Shown: piece after piece, positions 1-9,749 of the stretch | Position numbering within the stretch: the stretch's first letter is position 1 | Layout: each line of letters opens with the position of its first letter | Virus record (IMG/VR): IMGVR_UViG_3300005466_000025 | Span: 38,757 to 102,756 of that record | Origin: a virus | Direction: 5' to 3' (one strand) | Length of the DNA: 64,000 nt | Program-made: the position numbers and the translations under genes | Notes under the pieces: generated by a model | Seen by the model: only the letters and a program-made list of their open reading frames with translations | Told to the model about the DNA's origin: nothing | The model's database searches: none

Positions 1-119
1 GGGTCATCGGGAACTAGTTGGTTTAAGTTCCTGATTTGGGATTGGAGAATTCGTTTTTATATTGTTTCCCCAATCCAGATCGATAGATGCCGCAACAAGA
101 AATATAGAAAGGCAAAGTA

Positions 120-344
120 ATGCCTGGCACAATGAAAAATAGGGAGGTTTTCCCTATTGGGACAAGGGTAAGAATCGCCCAGGATAAACTTTCTGGGCGC
201 GTTGGCACTGTCGTTGAATATACGGAGGACAATGAAAGAATGTGGGTGCATTGGGATGGGGATTTTATTCCCTATTCCGATGTTCCCAGACTAATCGGCG
301 GCTTTCGTCCAATGGAACTTACAAAAGTAAGGGAGGAAAAGTAA
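120..344 (+). CDS. hypothetical protein (small SH3-like beta protein)
   Basis: ORF with GAAAGG RBS; FPIGTRVRI..GRVGTVV..WVHWD pattern. Confidence 0.6.
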   Translation: MPGTMKNREVFPIGTRVRIAQDKLSGRVGTVVEYTEDNERMWVHWDGDFIPYSDVPRLIGGFRPMELTKVREEK

Positions 345-583
345 TGGAAAAGATTGTAGAGCTTGATCGGGCAAATCTTAATAAGACAATCGGCCTGATC
401 CTTGAGAATCTTGATCGTGTTAGGGATGCATATACCTCCCTTAACACCGACGATATTCTTGATGCCGAAGTTCATCCTTTTCTTATAACATTCACAACTA
501 GTTTGCTTCCGTCCATTATGATGATGGCGTCGGCGGCTGAGGGAATTGTTGTTGCAACAAAGTCAACCGAAGAACCTATTTAA
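344..583 (+). CDS. hypothetical protein
   Basis: ATG at 344 coupled to upstream stop (TAATG), GGAGG RBS. Confidence 0.6.
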   Translation: MEKIVELDRANLNKTIGLILENLDRVRDAYTSLNTDDILDAEVHPFLITFTTSLLPSIMMMASAAEGIVVATKSTEEPI

Positions 584-648
584 TCGGTAGGTTTAGTCCC
601 ATCGGTGAAATAAACGATGGGGCTATGTCAACCGATGAAAGGAGAAAA

Positions 649-798
649 ATGCTGCTAATCAAGCCGCTAGATCGCCTTGGGTATAGGATTTTTTGCTGGA
701 ATGAAACAGCAGGAGTAATTTATGCCTATGGCGTGGTATGGCTTGCGGTTGTTATTCCACTTTTTGTTTTGTTTCTTGTCGCAAATTATTTTCTTTAA
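649..798 (+). CDS. small membrane protein (49 aa)
   Basis: AAAGGAG RBS; hydrophobic C-terminal half; below ORF-track length cutoff. Confidence 0.55.
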   Translation: MLLIKPLDRLGYRIFCWNETAGVIYAYGVVWLAVVIPLFVLFLVANYFL

Positions 799-810
799 AG
801 GAGGTGTAAA

Positions 811-990
811 ATTCCCGTAGAACAAAAGGCAATGACACTCCAAAATCTGGCAACAAAGGAGCAGCTCTTTTGGAAGTGTGTTTCGGAGGATGATCTTAAC
901 TTTTATCTTCACGGATATGTGACGGAAAAGTATGGGATCATTTCTAATTACACCGTGTTTCCTAAGTTTCTTTGGAAGGTGGTGGAGTAA
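811..990 (+). CDS. hypothetical protein, probable ATT start
   Basis: AAGGAGGT 5 nt before in-frame ATT; internal ATG at 832; stop overlaps next ATG. Confidence 0.5.
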   Translation: MPVEQKAMTLQNLATKEQLFWKCVSEDDLNFYLHGYVTEKYGIISNYTVFPKFLWKVVE

Positions 991-1316
991 TGACAAAGGC
1001 CTGGCATATTGAGGCCTATACATTCAATGCGGATATTGTCTGCACTGATTGTATTTATAAGTGGGCAAAGGATGAGCTAAGGAAGCAGGAATATACCGAC
1101 CGGCAAATTTACGATCTTGAAGTTGAAGGCGTAAATTATGACGCCGGCTTTTTTGCTTTTGGAAGCGAGGCTTTGCTGAGGGAATTGGCTCGGCTGAGGA
1201 ATATTAATCTTGAGGATTCCTATTCCTATGATTCCGATGATTTCCCTAAGCCAATCTTTTCCTCTGATATAGAGGACGAGGAAATCTGTGGAGTGTGTAA
1301 TAATGCCTCCGCATGA
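990..1316 (+). CDS. hypothetical protein with two CxxC motifs
   Basis: TAATG coupling; CTDC and CGVC. Confidence 0.65.
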   Translation: MTKAWHIEAYTFNADIVCTDCIYKWAKDELRKQEYTDRQIYDLEVEGVNYDAGFFAFGSEALLRELARLRNINLEDSYSYDSDDFPKPIFSSDIEDEEICGVCNNASA

Positions 1317-1641
1317 CAGATGTGATTGTTGTGAAGCAAGGCGGGAGCTTTATCACAATGAAAACACAGGGTTATCCCTATGTGAAAAGTGTGATCGCTT
1401 TGTGAACAGTATTTTTATAGATGGGCAGAGGGCAGAAAAATTAGAAAATTTCCTCAAAAGCGCACTTGCCTCCATGGAAATGCGTCATGAAAGAGGATTT
1501 AATCTAATGGTACCTCTACCCTGGATTAATGCCGTCCATTTGGTTCTCTATGGTGAGGACAAGGGTCCAAAAATCATGGAGGAAAGAATTGGATGGGCAA
1601 GATTCCGAAAAGAAAGAAGGGATGCTGAAAGTGCCGGATAA
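1303..1641 (+). CDS. hypothetical zinc-finger protein
   Basis: CDCC...CEKC; in gene-dense run. Confidence 0.55.
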   Translation: MPPHDRCDCCEARRELYHNENTGLSLCEKCDRFVNSIFIDGQRAEKLENFLKSALASMEMRHERGFNLMVPLPWINAVHLVLYGEDKGPKIMEERIGWARFRKERRDAESAG

Positions 1642-1906
1642 ATTTGGCTTTGATCATTTCGGCCAGACCTACGGTAAATATGTTGTGTCCTGCATTGATT
1701 GTGAAGTAAATGGGCCGGCATATTACTGGAATGAAAAGATGAGGGAGATGCATTTTCTTACCCATATCATGGAGAAGAAGATTGCCAATCCTTCGTTTGA
1801 AGGTGAAGTAAGAATGGATCGGTGCCGTGTTTGTGGCACTGATTTCGAACAGGAAAGAAAGCGCGGAAGGCCTCGCGTTTTGTGCTACACATGTAAGCCG
1901 GAATGA
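1622..1906 (+). CDS. hypothetical zinc-ribbon protein
   Basis: CIDC, CRVC...RGRPRVLCYTC. Confidence 0.6.
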   Translation: MLKVPDKFGFDHFGQTYGKYVVSCIDCEVNGPAYYWNEKMREMHFLTHIMEKKIANPSFEGEVRMDRCRVCGTDFEQERKRGRPRVLCYTCKPE

Positions 1907-2103
1907 GAAACTTTCTGGCTTGTTTTTGGTCATTTGCTGCGGGACTATGTTTCGCAGTATATTTTTCCCATGAGGGCTTTGTGTTTGTAATTCTAGGGCT
2001 CTTTTTGATTATGTTCGGAGGATTCTGCGGGCTAATCGCATGGGAGGAAGTCAATCAAATCGGCCGTGGCGACAAGTATTGCGCCACTTGTAGAAAGGGG
2101 TGA
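1903..2103 (+). CDS. small membrane protein
   Basis: ATGA overlap; two hydrophobic segments. Confidence 0.5.
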   Translation: MRNFLACFWSFAAGLCFAVYFSHEGFVFVILGLFLIMFGGFCGLIAWEEVNQIGRGDKYCATCRKG

Positions 2104-2247
2104 TAATGGATTTTTTCATGATCTATTTCTGGGTGTTGATATTGACTTTGAACGTCTTTTTTGCCGCTCAAGGTCACGTTCTCAATGCATTTGCGGCGGG
2201 ATTTGCCGTAATTATGATTATAGAAAACGTGAGGGAGGGCAAGGATC

Positions 2248-2481
2248 GTGAACGAAAGGGATAAGTATTGGTTGGATAAATTCAGAGAAGTTGGCAAGGA
2301 GAATATTGAACCAATTCCTGGTCAATTATCTTTTTTCCCGGCCGAAAAATCTTATTTTTTAAATCGTAAGGAAGAAAAAAATAAATCTTTATCTTCCTTC
2401 GATGATGTAATTAAAAATGCTGGCTACACAGTCGGTGAACTAAGTGATCTTCAAACCCTATCAGAGGAGATGGGCGAATGA
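2248..2481 (+). CDS. hypothetical protein
   Basis: ORF in run; contains IPGQLSFF (resembles a beta-clamp-binding QLxLF motif). Confidence 0.5.
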   Translation: MNERDKYWLDKFREVGKENIEPIPGQLSFFPAEKSYFLNRKEEKNKSLSSFDDVIKNAGYTVGELSDLQTLSEEMGE

Positions 2482-2666
2482 ATCAGAATAGGATTGTTGA
2501 GCAGCAGATCGGTAGTTTTCTTGTTTATATTGCAAATATCGGCATTGTCTGGTTTTTTGCCTGGGTGTTCAATCCAAACATCGATAGTGGTCTTGTTTGG
2601 ATGATTGCTGTCCTTTATGGCGCAATCATGAGCCGCTTCTATACCATCGAAGAGAGGCTTAAGTAA
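2478..2666 (+). CDS. small membrane protein
   Basis: ATGA overlap, AGGAG RBS, two TM segments. Confidence 0.55.
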   Translation: MNQNRIVEQQIGSFLVYIANIGIVWFFAWVFNPNIDSGLVWMIAVLYGAIMSRFYTIEERLK

Positions 2667-2791
2667 TGGCTAGAGGACTAAAGCCAAAGCAACGTCGAAT
2701 TCTTGAGGATATGGGATTCCATACCGCCAAGCTAAATCGACAGGCTAAGTATTATTCCGGCAAGAAGGGTAATCGGAAAAGGAAGAAGTAA
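2666..2791 (+). CDS. small basic protein (41 aa)
   Basis: TAATG coupling at both ends; MARGLKPKQRR...KRKK. Confidence 0.45.
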   Translation: MARGLKPKQRRILEDMGFHTAKLNRQAKYYSGKKGNRKRKK

Positions 2792-3153
2792 TGAGATATC
2801 CATTTCTGGCAATGTTTCAGAAGATGGATGAGCCTGAAACGACCTATATTGATAAGGTTGCGGGACATTATGAGCTAAACAATTTCCCTGGCTGTAATCA
2901 AATGGTTGTTTCAAATCACTCATGCGTCTACCCTGAATTCAGGGGAATGGGTCTTGGAACTCAGCTAGCAAAGGAGAAGATTTCAGTCGCAAAGAAGGAA
3001 GGCTATGACTACATGATTGCAACGGTTGTGTCAACAAATACTGTACAACTTGCAATCATGGAAAAGAATGGCTGGAAACTCCTGGACACTTTCTTCAATC
3101 GGGAAAGTGGAAACGAAGTTAATATTTTTGGAAGGAGGTTAAGTGAGCAATAG
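2791..3153 (+). CDS. GNAT-family acetyltransferase
   Basis: Motif A VYPEFRGMGLGTQL; N..(Q)..IMEKNGW motif B. Confidence 0.8.
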   Translation: MRYPFLAMFQKMDEPETTYIDKVAGHYELNNFPGCNQMVVSNHSCVYPEFRGMGLGTQLAKEKISVAKKEGYDYMIATVVSTNTVQLAIMEKNGWKLLDTFFNRESGNEVNIFGRRLSEQ

Positions 3154-3895
3154 ATTGTTTGGCGTGGAAATTGAATGTTATGCGCCAGAAGGTGAAGAAG
3201 GTTGGGACGGTGAAAATGGAGTAGAATATACCGCAAGTGTATTGGAGGAACAAGGTTATCCTTCATGGGCACGCCTAACCGATGCAGATAGTTCCCTCTA
3301 TCATGGCTTTGGGGTGGAAGTAAAAAGTCCACCACTAGCAGGATCAAATGGATATAACGAGGTAACTTCTATCCTCAATATCCTGAATGATCATGACTAT
3401 TGGATTGATAGTTCATGTGGCCTTCATGTACATTTGAATGCCCCGGAATTTGTCGATGATCCGAAGCTAATTAAGAGGGCGGTAAAGGCATGGATGCGAA
3501 ATCAGCACCTAATTAATAATATGGTGGCTGAATATCGCATTAATAATTCCCACTGTGCGCCTTGGGATGAGGACTATTTGTCTGATCTTGAGGAAGTATT
3601 GGCGGAGTATGATACCGCCGAGGAAACCCACCGTGGGGCAATTAATGTCGGAAGTCTCACTATTCATGAGACAATTGAAATCCGTCAGCATGAAGGTACA
3701 TTAGTCCCGGAAGCCGTTGTTTCCTGGATTAAATTCTGCCAGGCATTTATTGATGCAATTCCTGGCACAACGATCCAAAAAATCTCCGACGAGGAACTAT
3801 TCCTCCGACGATTAAAGGTGGAAAGAAATGCAAGTAGATTCCTTACCACAAAGGCTCGTGTTGCCAAACGGAGGAAAGCTGAATCAGGACGTTAG
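3143..3895 (+). CDS. putative amidoligase (COOH-NH2 ligase, Amidoligase_2-like) paralog 1
   Basis: FGVEIE, DSSL..GVEVKSPPL, CGLHVH, TIEIRQHEGT motifs. Confidence 0.85.
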   Translation: MSNRLFGVEIECYAPEGEEGWDGENGVEYTASVLEEQGYPSWARLTDADSSLYHGFGVEVKSPPLAGSNGYNEVTSILNILNDHDYWIDSSCGLHVHLNAPEFVDDPKLIKRAVKAWMRNQHLINNMVAEYRINNSHCAPWDEDYLSDLEEVLAEYDTAEETHRGAINVGSLTIHETIEIRQHEGTLVPEAVVSWIKFCQAFIDAIPGTTIQKISDEELFLRRLKVERNASRFLTTKARVAKRRKAESGR

Positions 3896-4283
3896 AAAGG
3901 CTCTAATAAAGGCAACTAAAAGATCAACGCATAGGCGTCATCAAACGGGTTGCGTGATTGTTGGAAAGAAGGGAGAAATTCTTTCCACAGGCTGTAGTCA
4001 TGCATCATCATTGAGAATGAGTGAGCTTCACTCTATTCACGCGGAAATTCATGCGTTGGGAAGAGGAAGATATGAAAATCTCAGAGGCGCGACGGCGTAT
4101 ATCTGCACAATGGCGAGAAAATCGGGGAATCTTGTATATTCTCGTCCATGCCTTACTTGTGCGATTGCGCTCAGATCGACAGGAATAATTGATGTCGTCT
4201 ATTCTAATAAAATAGGCGGTTTCCAGCGTCTTGACCTTGAGAAAAATCTCATTGGTCTTAAAGTCTACCCTAGGAGGAAATAA
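3828..4283 (+). CDS. zinc-dependent cytidine/dCMP deaminase-family protein
   Basis: HAE and PCLTC motifs; true start probably near 3879. Confidence 0.8.
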   Translation: MQVDSLPQRLVLPNGGKLNQDVRKALIKATKRSTHRRHQTGCVIVGKKGEILSTGCSHASSLRMSELHSIHAEIHALGRGRYENLRGATAYICTMARKSGNLVYSRPCLTCAIALRSTGIIDVVYSNKIGGFQRLDLEKNLIGLKVYPRRK

Positions 4284-5036
4284 GTGTACGACAAGCCTTA
4301 TGATCGTAAGTTTGGAATCGAGTTCGAATTCCTGCTTAGGAGCATTCGAGAAAATGGATATGATTCCAGAGGCACTACTTTTCGAAAGCTCCTAGAAAAG
4401 AACGGACTAGGGGATTTCAATATTGGCTTTGACGGAAGCGAATGGGAAGTCAAAACCCCTGTTCTTGCCGGTCCAAATGGATTCAAGCGGGTAAAGAAGT
4501 TCTTGGCGCTTATGAAAGATATGGGCGCAAGGGTTCAGCTAGATCATGATGGACTTCACGTTCACCATGATGCCCCGGAATTCATTGGTAATAGTGAAGC
4601 CGTTGTCAGACTTGTTGAGAACTGGTATAACAACCAGGAATCAATCATGGAAATGGTGAATTACATTCGCAATAGAAACTGGGCCTGTCCTATTTGGGCG
4701 CAGGGCGATGTTAGTACGCTAAAGCAGCGTGTTGCCGAGTTTGGATATGAAGGGGCAATGTCCTACTTTGGCCGAAAGAATCTCAATATTAGTGCCCTAC
4801 AAAGGCATGGAACAATTGAGATTCGTCTACATGAGGGAACTCTGAATTATGAGGAGGTTCTTTCATGGGTGCGTTTCGGCCAGTCATTCATTGCAAAGGC
4901 ACTGGATGAAAATGATTCACTGGGATATAATCCCCCAGTTGAGCTTCTAAGGAAGATCAATGTAACCCGTAATGCATCTCGCTTTATCACAAGCAAGGTG
5001 GGTCGTAACGATTATTCAGTTGTAAGTTATGCGTAA
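4284..5036 (+). CDS. putative amidoligase paralog 2
   Basis: FGIEFE, DGSEWEVKTPVL, GLHVH, TIEIRLHEGT; shares RNASRF tail with paralog 1. Confidence 0.85.
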   Translation: MYDKPYDRKFGIEFEFLLRSIRENGYDSRGTTFRKLLEKNGLGDFNIGFDGSEWEVKTPVLAGPNGFKRVKKFLALMKDMGARVQLDHDGLHVHHDAPEFIGNSEAVVRLVENWYNNQESIMEMVNYIRNRNWACPIWAQGDVSTLKQRVAEFGYEGAMSYFGRKNLNISALQRHGTIEIRLHEGTLNYEEVLSWVRFGQSFIAKALDENDSLGYNPPVELLRKINVTRNASRFITSKVGRNDYSVVSYA

Positions 5037-5100
5037 GGATTTATCTATTTTAGATATTTCCTTGCTACCATTCACACACACCGATAGGAAGGAGATTTAA

Positions 5101-5298
5101 ATGCGTATCGAACTAACCTTTAGGGGCGTAGCAAAGAATCGTGTTTATTTTGCAACCCCGGTAACACAGGGTCGTCCGCGTAAGACGGCTGAAATCATTA
5201 AGTCACGTAAGCCGTTTGCAACAGGCTCAACTAAGCAGGAAGCCATCCAGAATCTTCTGGATAAGGTGGGTTTCGTTCCTGCAAATGAACAGTCTTAA
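5101..5298 (+). CDS. hypothetical protein
   Basis: GGAAGGAG RBS. Confidence 0.6.
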   Translation: MRIELTFRGVAKNRVYFATPVTQGRPRKTAEIIKSRKPFATGSTKQEAIQNLLDKVGFVPANEQS

Positions 5299-5438
5299 TA
5301 GCTGCAAGGAACACGGGAGGAAATGGTGTTGGCGATGTATTTGCCTCACCATTTCCTTTCCCATTGAGCATTTTGTGTGGGAAAAACTCCCGTTGTTTAG
5401 GTCAGTGACAATGATTCTGGGACTTTAGGAGGTGATAG

Positions 5439-7394
5439 ATGCCAAGAAACAACGAGGAAGAACTAAATCCTGTATTTCGACTCAATAATGATACAGGACG
5501 ATGGGAACTTCAACCATTAAGTCCTGTTGAATATGAAATACAGATTGATTCGGAAGGAGAACAAGTGCCAGAAGTTCCAGAGGTAAACCCGGAACCGGAA
5601 ATCCTTAGTGTTCCAGTACCGACAATTGCCGGTCTATATTTCCAAAGTGAAACCGGAGGTAGAACACTTAGAAATACAAGAAGTACAGATGCAATTGTCC
5701 CCGGTTGTAGCGTTCAAGTTGGCGTTTGGGATAGACAGCCGGATGCAATTCGTCAGTCATATAGTCAGTTCAAACAGTGGGCAGTTGAAAATGGGTTTGG
5801 AGTAAGCTCAACAGCCCATGATTATTTCACGGAGAATGGATATCAAATCAATGTTGATTATTATTTCCTTCTCTGTGATATAAACGACCCCAATGCAATT
5901 GACATTGCTGGGATTATTTCTCAGCCTGATTGTTCCTGTGGAGAGGAACTTGATTATCCAACGGTAATGTGTCCCTCTTGTGACGCAAAAAATCACTGTG
6001 CCTCTTGTCGTAAGTTTTCCACAAACGTTCTATTTGATCCTAGTTGGGGAGACTATTGCGATGAGTGTGGGATTAATTGTGAGGAATGTGGATCAGCATG
6101 TCACTCACAAAATGGGGACTGTATCACATGTAATCCCCGTCAAAATTGTAATTCCTGCGGGGTTACAATGTATGAAAACAGGGACCACGTTAATGAATGG
6201 GCATTTGAGGAGGTCACAAGATATTTTTGTGACCCCTGTTTTCCTGGCCTATGTCATTCATGTGGGACTGTTTATGACGTTGAACAGATCATCATTGATG
6301 GCGATGTTCAGCAGTGTATTTCCTGTGTAAGTAAGAACAGCTTCGAAGAATGGGATGAGAATTCCCAGGATAGGAATATGCTGATTCCCACAATTCCAGG
6401 GCGGGAAACAATTCGTCTTGTTGGCGTGGAAATCGAAGGTGCCAATGGTGAAAACGTAAGTGGATTCGATGGTGGACACGCATTGGCTAGAGGCCTTTAT
6501 CAGGAAGGTCTGACGAGATATTCCGAAATGACTGGCTATCATAGTGGTAGCGGAAGTCGATCATATAGGGTTCACGTTGAGCGTGACTCAAGCGTGGATT
6601 GGGAAATGGTAATCGGGCCACTAAATGTGGCTGATGAGGAAGATGTACGACTCCTTAATAAGTCAGTAAGGGTTGTGCGTGGATTCATCAATAACAAAAC
6701 CCTTAAGCTGGATATGCGGGCAGGATTGCATATTCATGTTGGTGCCGATAGGGTTCCGTTTCCTAAGGCCTATAACCTCCATAAGCTCTATATGTATACG
6801 GAGGATTTCCTCTATCGATTGGGTGCAGCCAAGTGGCCCTATCATAGGTCTATTAATAGACGTGGAGGAAGGGATCAGGCTGGAAAAAGTCCAGTCGCAG
6901 AAGGGAAGCTAAACTTCGCCCAAACATTCTCGGGACAAAGGTATTATGGTCTGTCATTTGACAACTATTTTGCCCGGTATTTCGAGCATTGTGGGTGCGG
7001 GGCTAGAACATACGGATTGTTCGATGAATGCACTTGTGATCTAGGCAAGTGTACATTCGAATTTCGGCTGTTCAATACAACGGCAAATACGATCAAGCTG
7101 CACGCCTATCTTGCAATTTGTCAGGCGCTTGTGGCTAAGGCAATTGAGATGGATGAAATCACGGATTCAAGTCTGTTTCCGGCACTTGATTTCACCAAAA
7201 CAAGGGCATCGGATTTGCACCCCTCAACGCGAAGAAAGCTCGGACGTGAATGGGAGAAGAGGATCGTTTTCGTTAACGAGGAACTCCCGCTTACAACGGA
7301 GGAAAAGGCCTCAATTCACTATTGCATTATGAATAGTGAGATGGGGAAGATCGTGACGAATGCGGATATCCTACTACAGACGGAGGAAAACTAA
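5439..7394 (+). CDS. putative amidoligase paralog 3 with Cys-rich multi-zinc-ribbon N-terminal region
   Basis: GVEIE, DSSV.WEMV, GLHIHV, TFEFRLFN; about 10 CxxC pairs upstream. Confidence 0.85.
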   Translation: MPRNNEEELNPVFRLNNDTGRWELQPLSPVEYEIQIDSEGEQVPEVPEVNPEPEILSVPVPTIAGLYFQSETGGRTLRNTRSTDAIVPGCSVQVGVWDRQPDAIRQSYSQFKQWAVENGFGVSSTAHDYFTENGYQINVDYYFLLCDINDPNAIDIAGIISQPDCSCGEELDYPTVMCPSCDAKNHCASCRKFSTNVLFDPSWGDYCDECGINCEECGSACHSQNGDCITCNPRQNCNSCGVTMYENRDHVNEWAFEEVTRYFCDPCFPGLCHSCGTVYDVEQIIIDGDVQQCISCVSKNSFEEWDENSQDRNMLIPTIPGRETIRLVGVEIEGANGENVSGFDGGHALARGLYQEGLTRYSEMTGYHSGSGSRSYRVHVERDSSVDWEMVIGPLNVADEEDVRLLNKSVRVVRGFINNKTLKLDMRAGLHIHVGADRVPFPKAYNLHKLYMYTEDFLYRLGAAKWPYHRSINRRGGRDQAGKSPVAEGKLNFAQTFSGQRYYGLSFDNYFARYFEHCGCGARTYGLFDECTCDLGKCTFEFRLFNTTANTIKLHAYLAICQALVAKAIEMDEITDSSLFPALDFTKTRASDLHPSTRRKLGREWEKRIVFVNEELPLTTEEKASIHYCIMNSEMGKIVTNADILLQTEEN

Positions 7395-8732
7395 ATGTGT
7401 GGTATTGCCGGAATCTATCTTAAGGACCCGGACGAGCAGTATCTTTCACAGAAGGAAATCGAGGATACTGTGGACTGGCTTTTCTGTGGAATTGAAAACA
7501 GAGGAACTCATGCCAGTGGTGTAGCAGTACAGACCACAAATGGAGAGCATTACCTGGAAAAGAGTGATATGCCAGCGTCAAAGTTCATCTTTTGGCGCAG
7601 GGATATTCCCTCAAACCCTAGGATTATTCTTCAGCATACCCGTTGGGCAACAAAGGGTAAGCCAGAGAATCTCCTGAATAATCATCCGATTGCGTATGAG
7701 AATGTCATTGCGATTCACAATGGTCATATCTCAAATGACGATGAGCTATTTGAGAGTGAGTCACTGAATAGAATCGCGGAGGTTGACTCCGAGATTATTC
7801 CGGCTCTGCTTCACAAATATACCTTTGAGAATCCAAAGGAAGCCCTGGAAAAGATGATTGGTGGATTCGCAATTGCGGCCATTGATGATCGAAATCCTGG
7901 AACACTTCTGCTTGCAAAAGGTACAAGCTCACCGCTTGTATTCATTGAAACAGATGGAATGTTCATGTGGGCATCTGAGCAGAAATTCCTAGAGGATGCC
8001 CTGCTTTATGGAATGGGCTATGAATCAAAGCCCGGTGAATTCCATAACGTTGCATATGGACGGTATGCACTGATTAATGGCGATGAAATGACTGTTGCTG
8101 ATTTCAGTCCTGCATACAAGACATATGTTTCCACTCCGTATGCTAGTTCGTGGGCAGATAGATCAGTATCCGTTCCTACTGGCGGGGAATATCGTGCAGC
8201 CGAGGGTTGGTATGACATGAATGCCAGGGATAAGTGTGACGAATGCTTTATCTGGTACCCGGCATATCAGCTAAATAAGCACGGCAATGATCGCTATTGT
8301 GATCATTGTGAGGTTAAGCTATTCGATATTCTTCCGAATGGTACTCGGGTGCTTAAGTCAACGAAAAAGCTCTCAAGAAAGGAGAGAAAGCGTCAGCGGC
8401 GGGAAGCCGCACGTAAATTTCAGGAGAGTAAAAGGAAAGCGGAGTCTGCTCCGAAGGAAGTAACTACAATTGCTGATGCCTTGGATCAGGAGCATTGGCA
8501 TGTATGTGAACTAGTTGCAAATCACTATGGAACTAAGAAGGAATTCGTTGACTTTCTTCTGTTCAGTGATCATGACATTGAGGACTATGATGATGCCAAT
8601 CTGATGCAGATGTTCCTGGAATTCCAGGATAAGTATCAGGAGTTTCTTACTGAGGTAAGTGCTGATACGGATAATCTAATGGAAACCATTGGTATTGCAA
8701 ATGAACTTGATCGGGCGTTTCTGGGACTCTAA
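7395..8732 (+). CDS. class II (Ntn) glutamine amidotransferase
   Basis: N-terminal MCGIAG; RG, HTRWAT, NNHP, HNG, DSE motifs. Confidence 0.9.
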   Translation: MCGIAGIYLKDPDEQYLSQKEIEDTVDWLFCGIENRGTHASGVAVQTTNGEHYLEKSDMPASKFIFWRRDIPSNPRIILQHTRWATKGKPENLLNNHPIAYENVIAIHNGHISNDDELFESESLNRIAEVDSEIIPALLHKYTFENPKEALEKMIGGFAIAAIDDRNPGTLLLAKGTSSPLVFIETDGMFMWASEQKFLEDALLYGMGYESKPGEFHNVAYGRYALINGDEMTVADFSPAYKTYVSTPYASSWADRSVSVPTGGEYRAAEGWYDMNARDKCDECFIWYPAYQLNKHGNDRYCDHCEVKLFDILPNGTRVLKSTKKLSRKERKRQRREAARKFQESKRKAESAPKEVTTIADALDQEHWHVCELVANHYGTKKEFVDFLLFSDHDIEDYDDANLMQMFLEFQDKYQEFLTEVSADTDNLMETIGIANELDRAFLGL

Positions 8733-9562
8733 TGTTAATGTATAACAGAAGGGGTAGGGCCACTGGTGAGAAAATCGCCATGGCCCTACAGCTTCCCGAT
8801 GAGGTTCTAATTCGTTGGGGTAGTTCATTGAATCCCGAAGTCGATGAGGATTATGAAAGGGTGATTAATTCCTCAGAGGCAATCCAGAATGCAACGGATA
8901 AACTTCTTTCACTTGAAATGATGAGTGAGGGTGGATTGAATGTCCCCGCATGGGATGAGAATCCGGAGAATTTGGTGGAGCAGTATGGCTATCCAATTCT
9001 TGGACGAAAGCTGCGTCATGCAAGGGGAAGTGATATCCAGTTTTGTCTACAGAAAAGGGATCACCGTAGACCACGGGATTTCTATACTGTATATATTCCA
9101 ACAAACAGGGAGTATCGTGTTCATGTTGTTGGGGATCAGGCAGTAAGAGTACAGGCTAAATATCTGGACTTTCCAGAACAGAAAAAGGCTTGGATTAGGA
9201 ATTATGAATCCGGCTATCGGTTCCGTAATCCGCGTCTCAGGATGCATCGTAGGCGGCTACAGGACGCAATTAGGGCCGTTTCTATATTAGGTCTGGACTT
9301 TGGGGCGGTTGATTTGATTGTCGGGGATGATAATGAGACATATATTCTCGAAGTTAATACCGCACCTTCCTGCTCCCCATTGACAGGGGCATCCTACGTA
9401 AATGGGATCGCTAATCTGTTTGAACCCGGCGAAATCGAAGTTAATTTGGAGCCACTACAGCTTCTAACTAGCGACGATGAAGATGGGGATTCAGAGGATG
9501 ATGATGATTCCGATATCGAGGAGTATATAAGGGAGATGGAGAATGCCGCAATTACCGCGTAA
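8732..9562 (+). CDS. ATP-grasp ligase (RimK/YheCD-like)
   Basis: IRWGS, DK, REYRVHV, LGLDFGAVDL, LEVNTAP; acidic tail. Confidence 0.85.
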   Translation: MLMYNRRGRATGEKIAMALQLPDEVLIRWGSSLNPEVDEDYERVINSSEAIQNATDKLLSLEMMSEGGLNVPAWDENPENLVEQYGYPILGRKLRHARGSDIQFCLQKRDHRRPRDFYTVYIPTNREYRVHVVGDQAVRVQAKYLDFPEQKKAWIRNYESGYRFRNPRLRMHRRRLQDAIRAVSILGLDFGAVDLIVGDDNETYILEVNTAPSCSPLTGASYVNGIANLFEPGEIEVNLEPLQLLTSDDEDGDSEDDDDSDIEEYIREMENAAITA

Positions 9563-9749
9563 AAGGCAGATTCTTGAACAATATCCCATCAGTGGTCGGG
9601 ATGAAATTGAGAAGAGAATCAAGGCCTGTGCAACAAATATCCATTCCCCTTATTCCTGGTATAGGGAGGACGTTCGCAGACTATTGATCATGTGCGACTT
9701 CCTATATACGGAAAATATGCAGTTGAAAGATGAACAGGAGGAGGATTAA
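9543..9749 (+). CDS. hypothetical protein
   Basis: ORF in operon with RBS. Confidence 0.5.
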   Translation: MPQLPRKRQILEQYPISGRDEIEKRIKACATNIHSPYSWYREDVRRLLIMCDFLYTENMQLKDEQEED

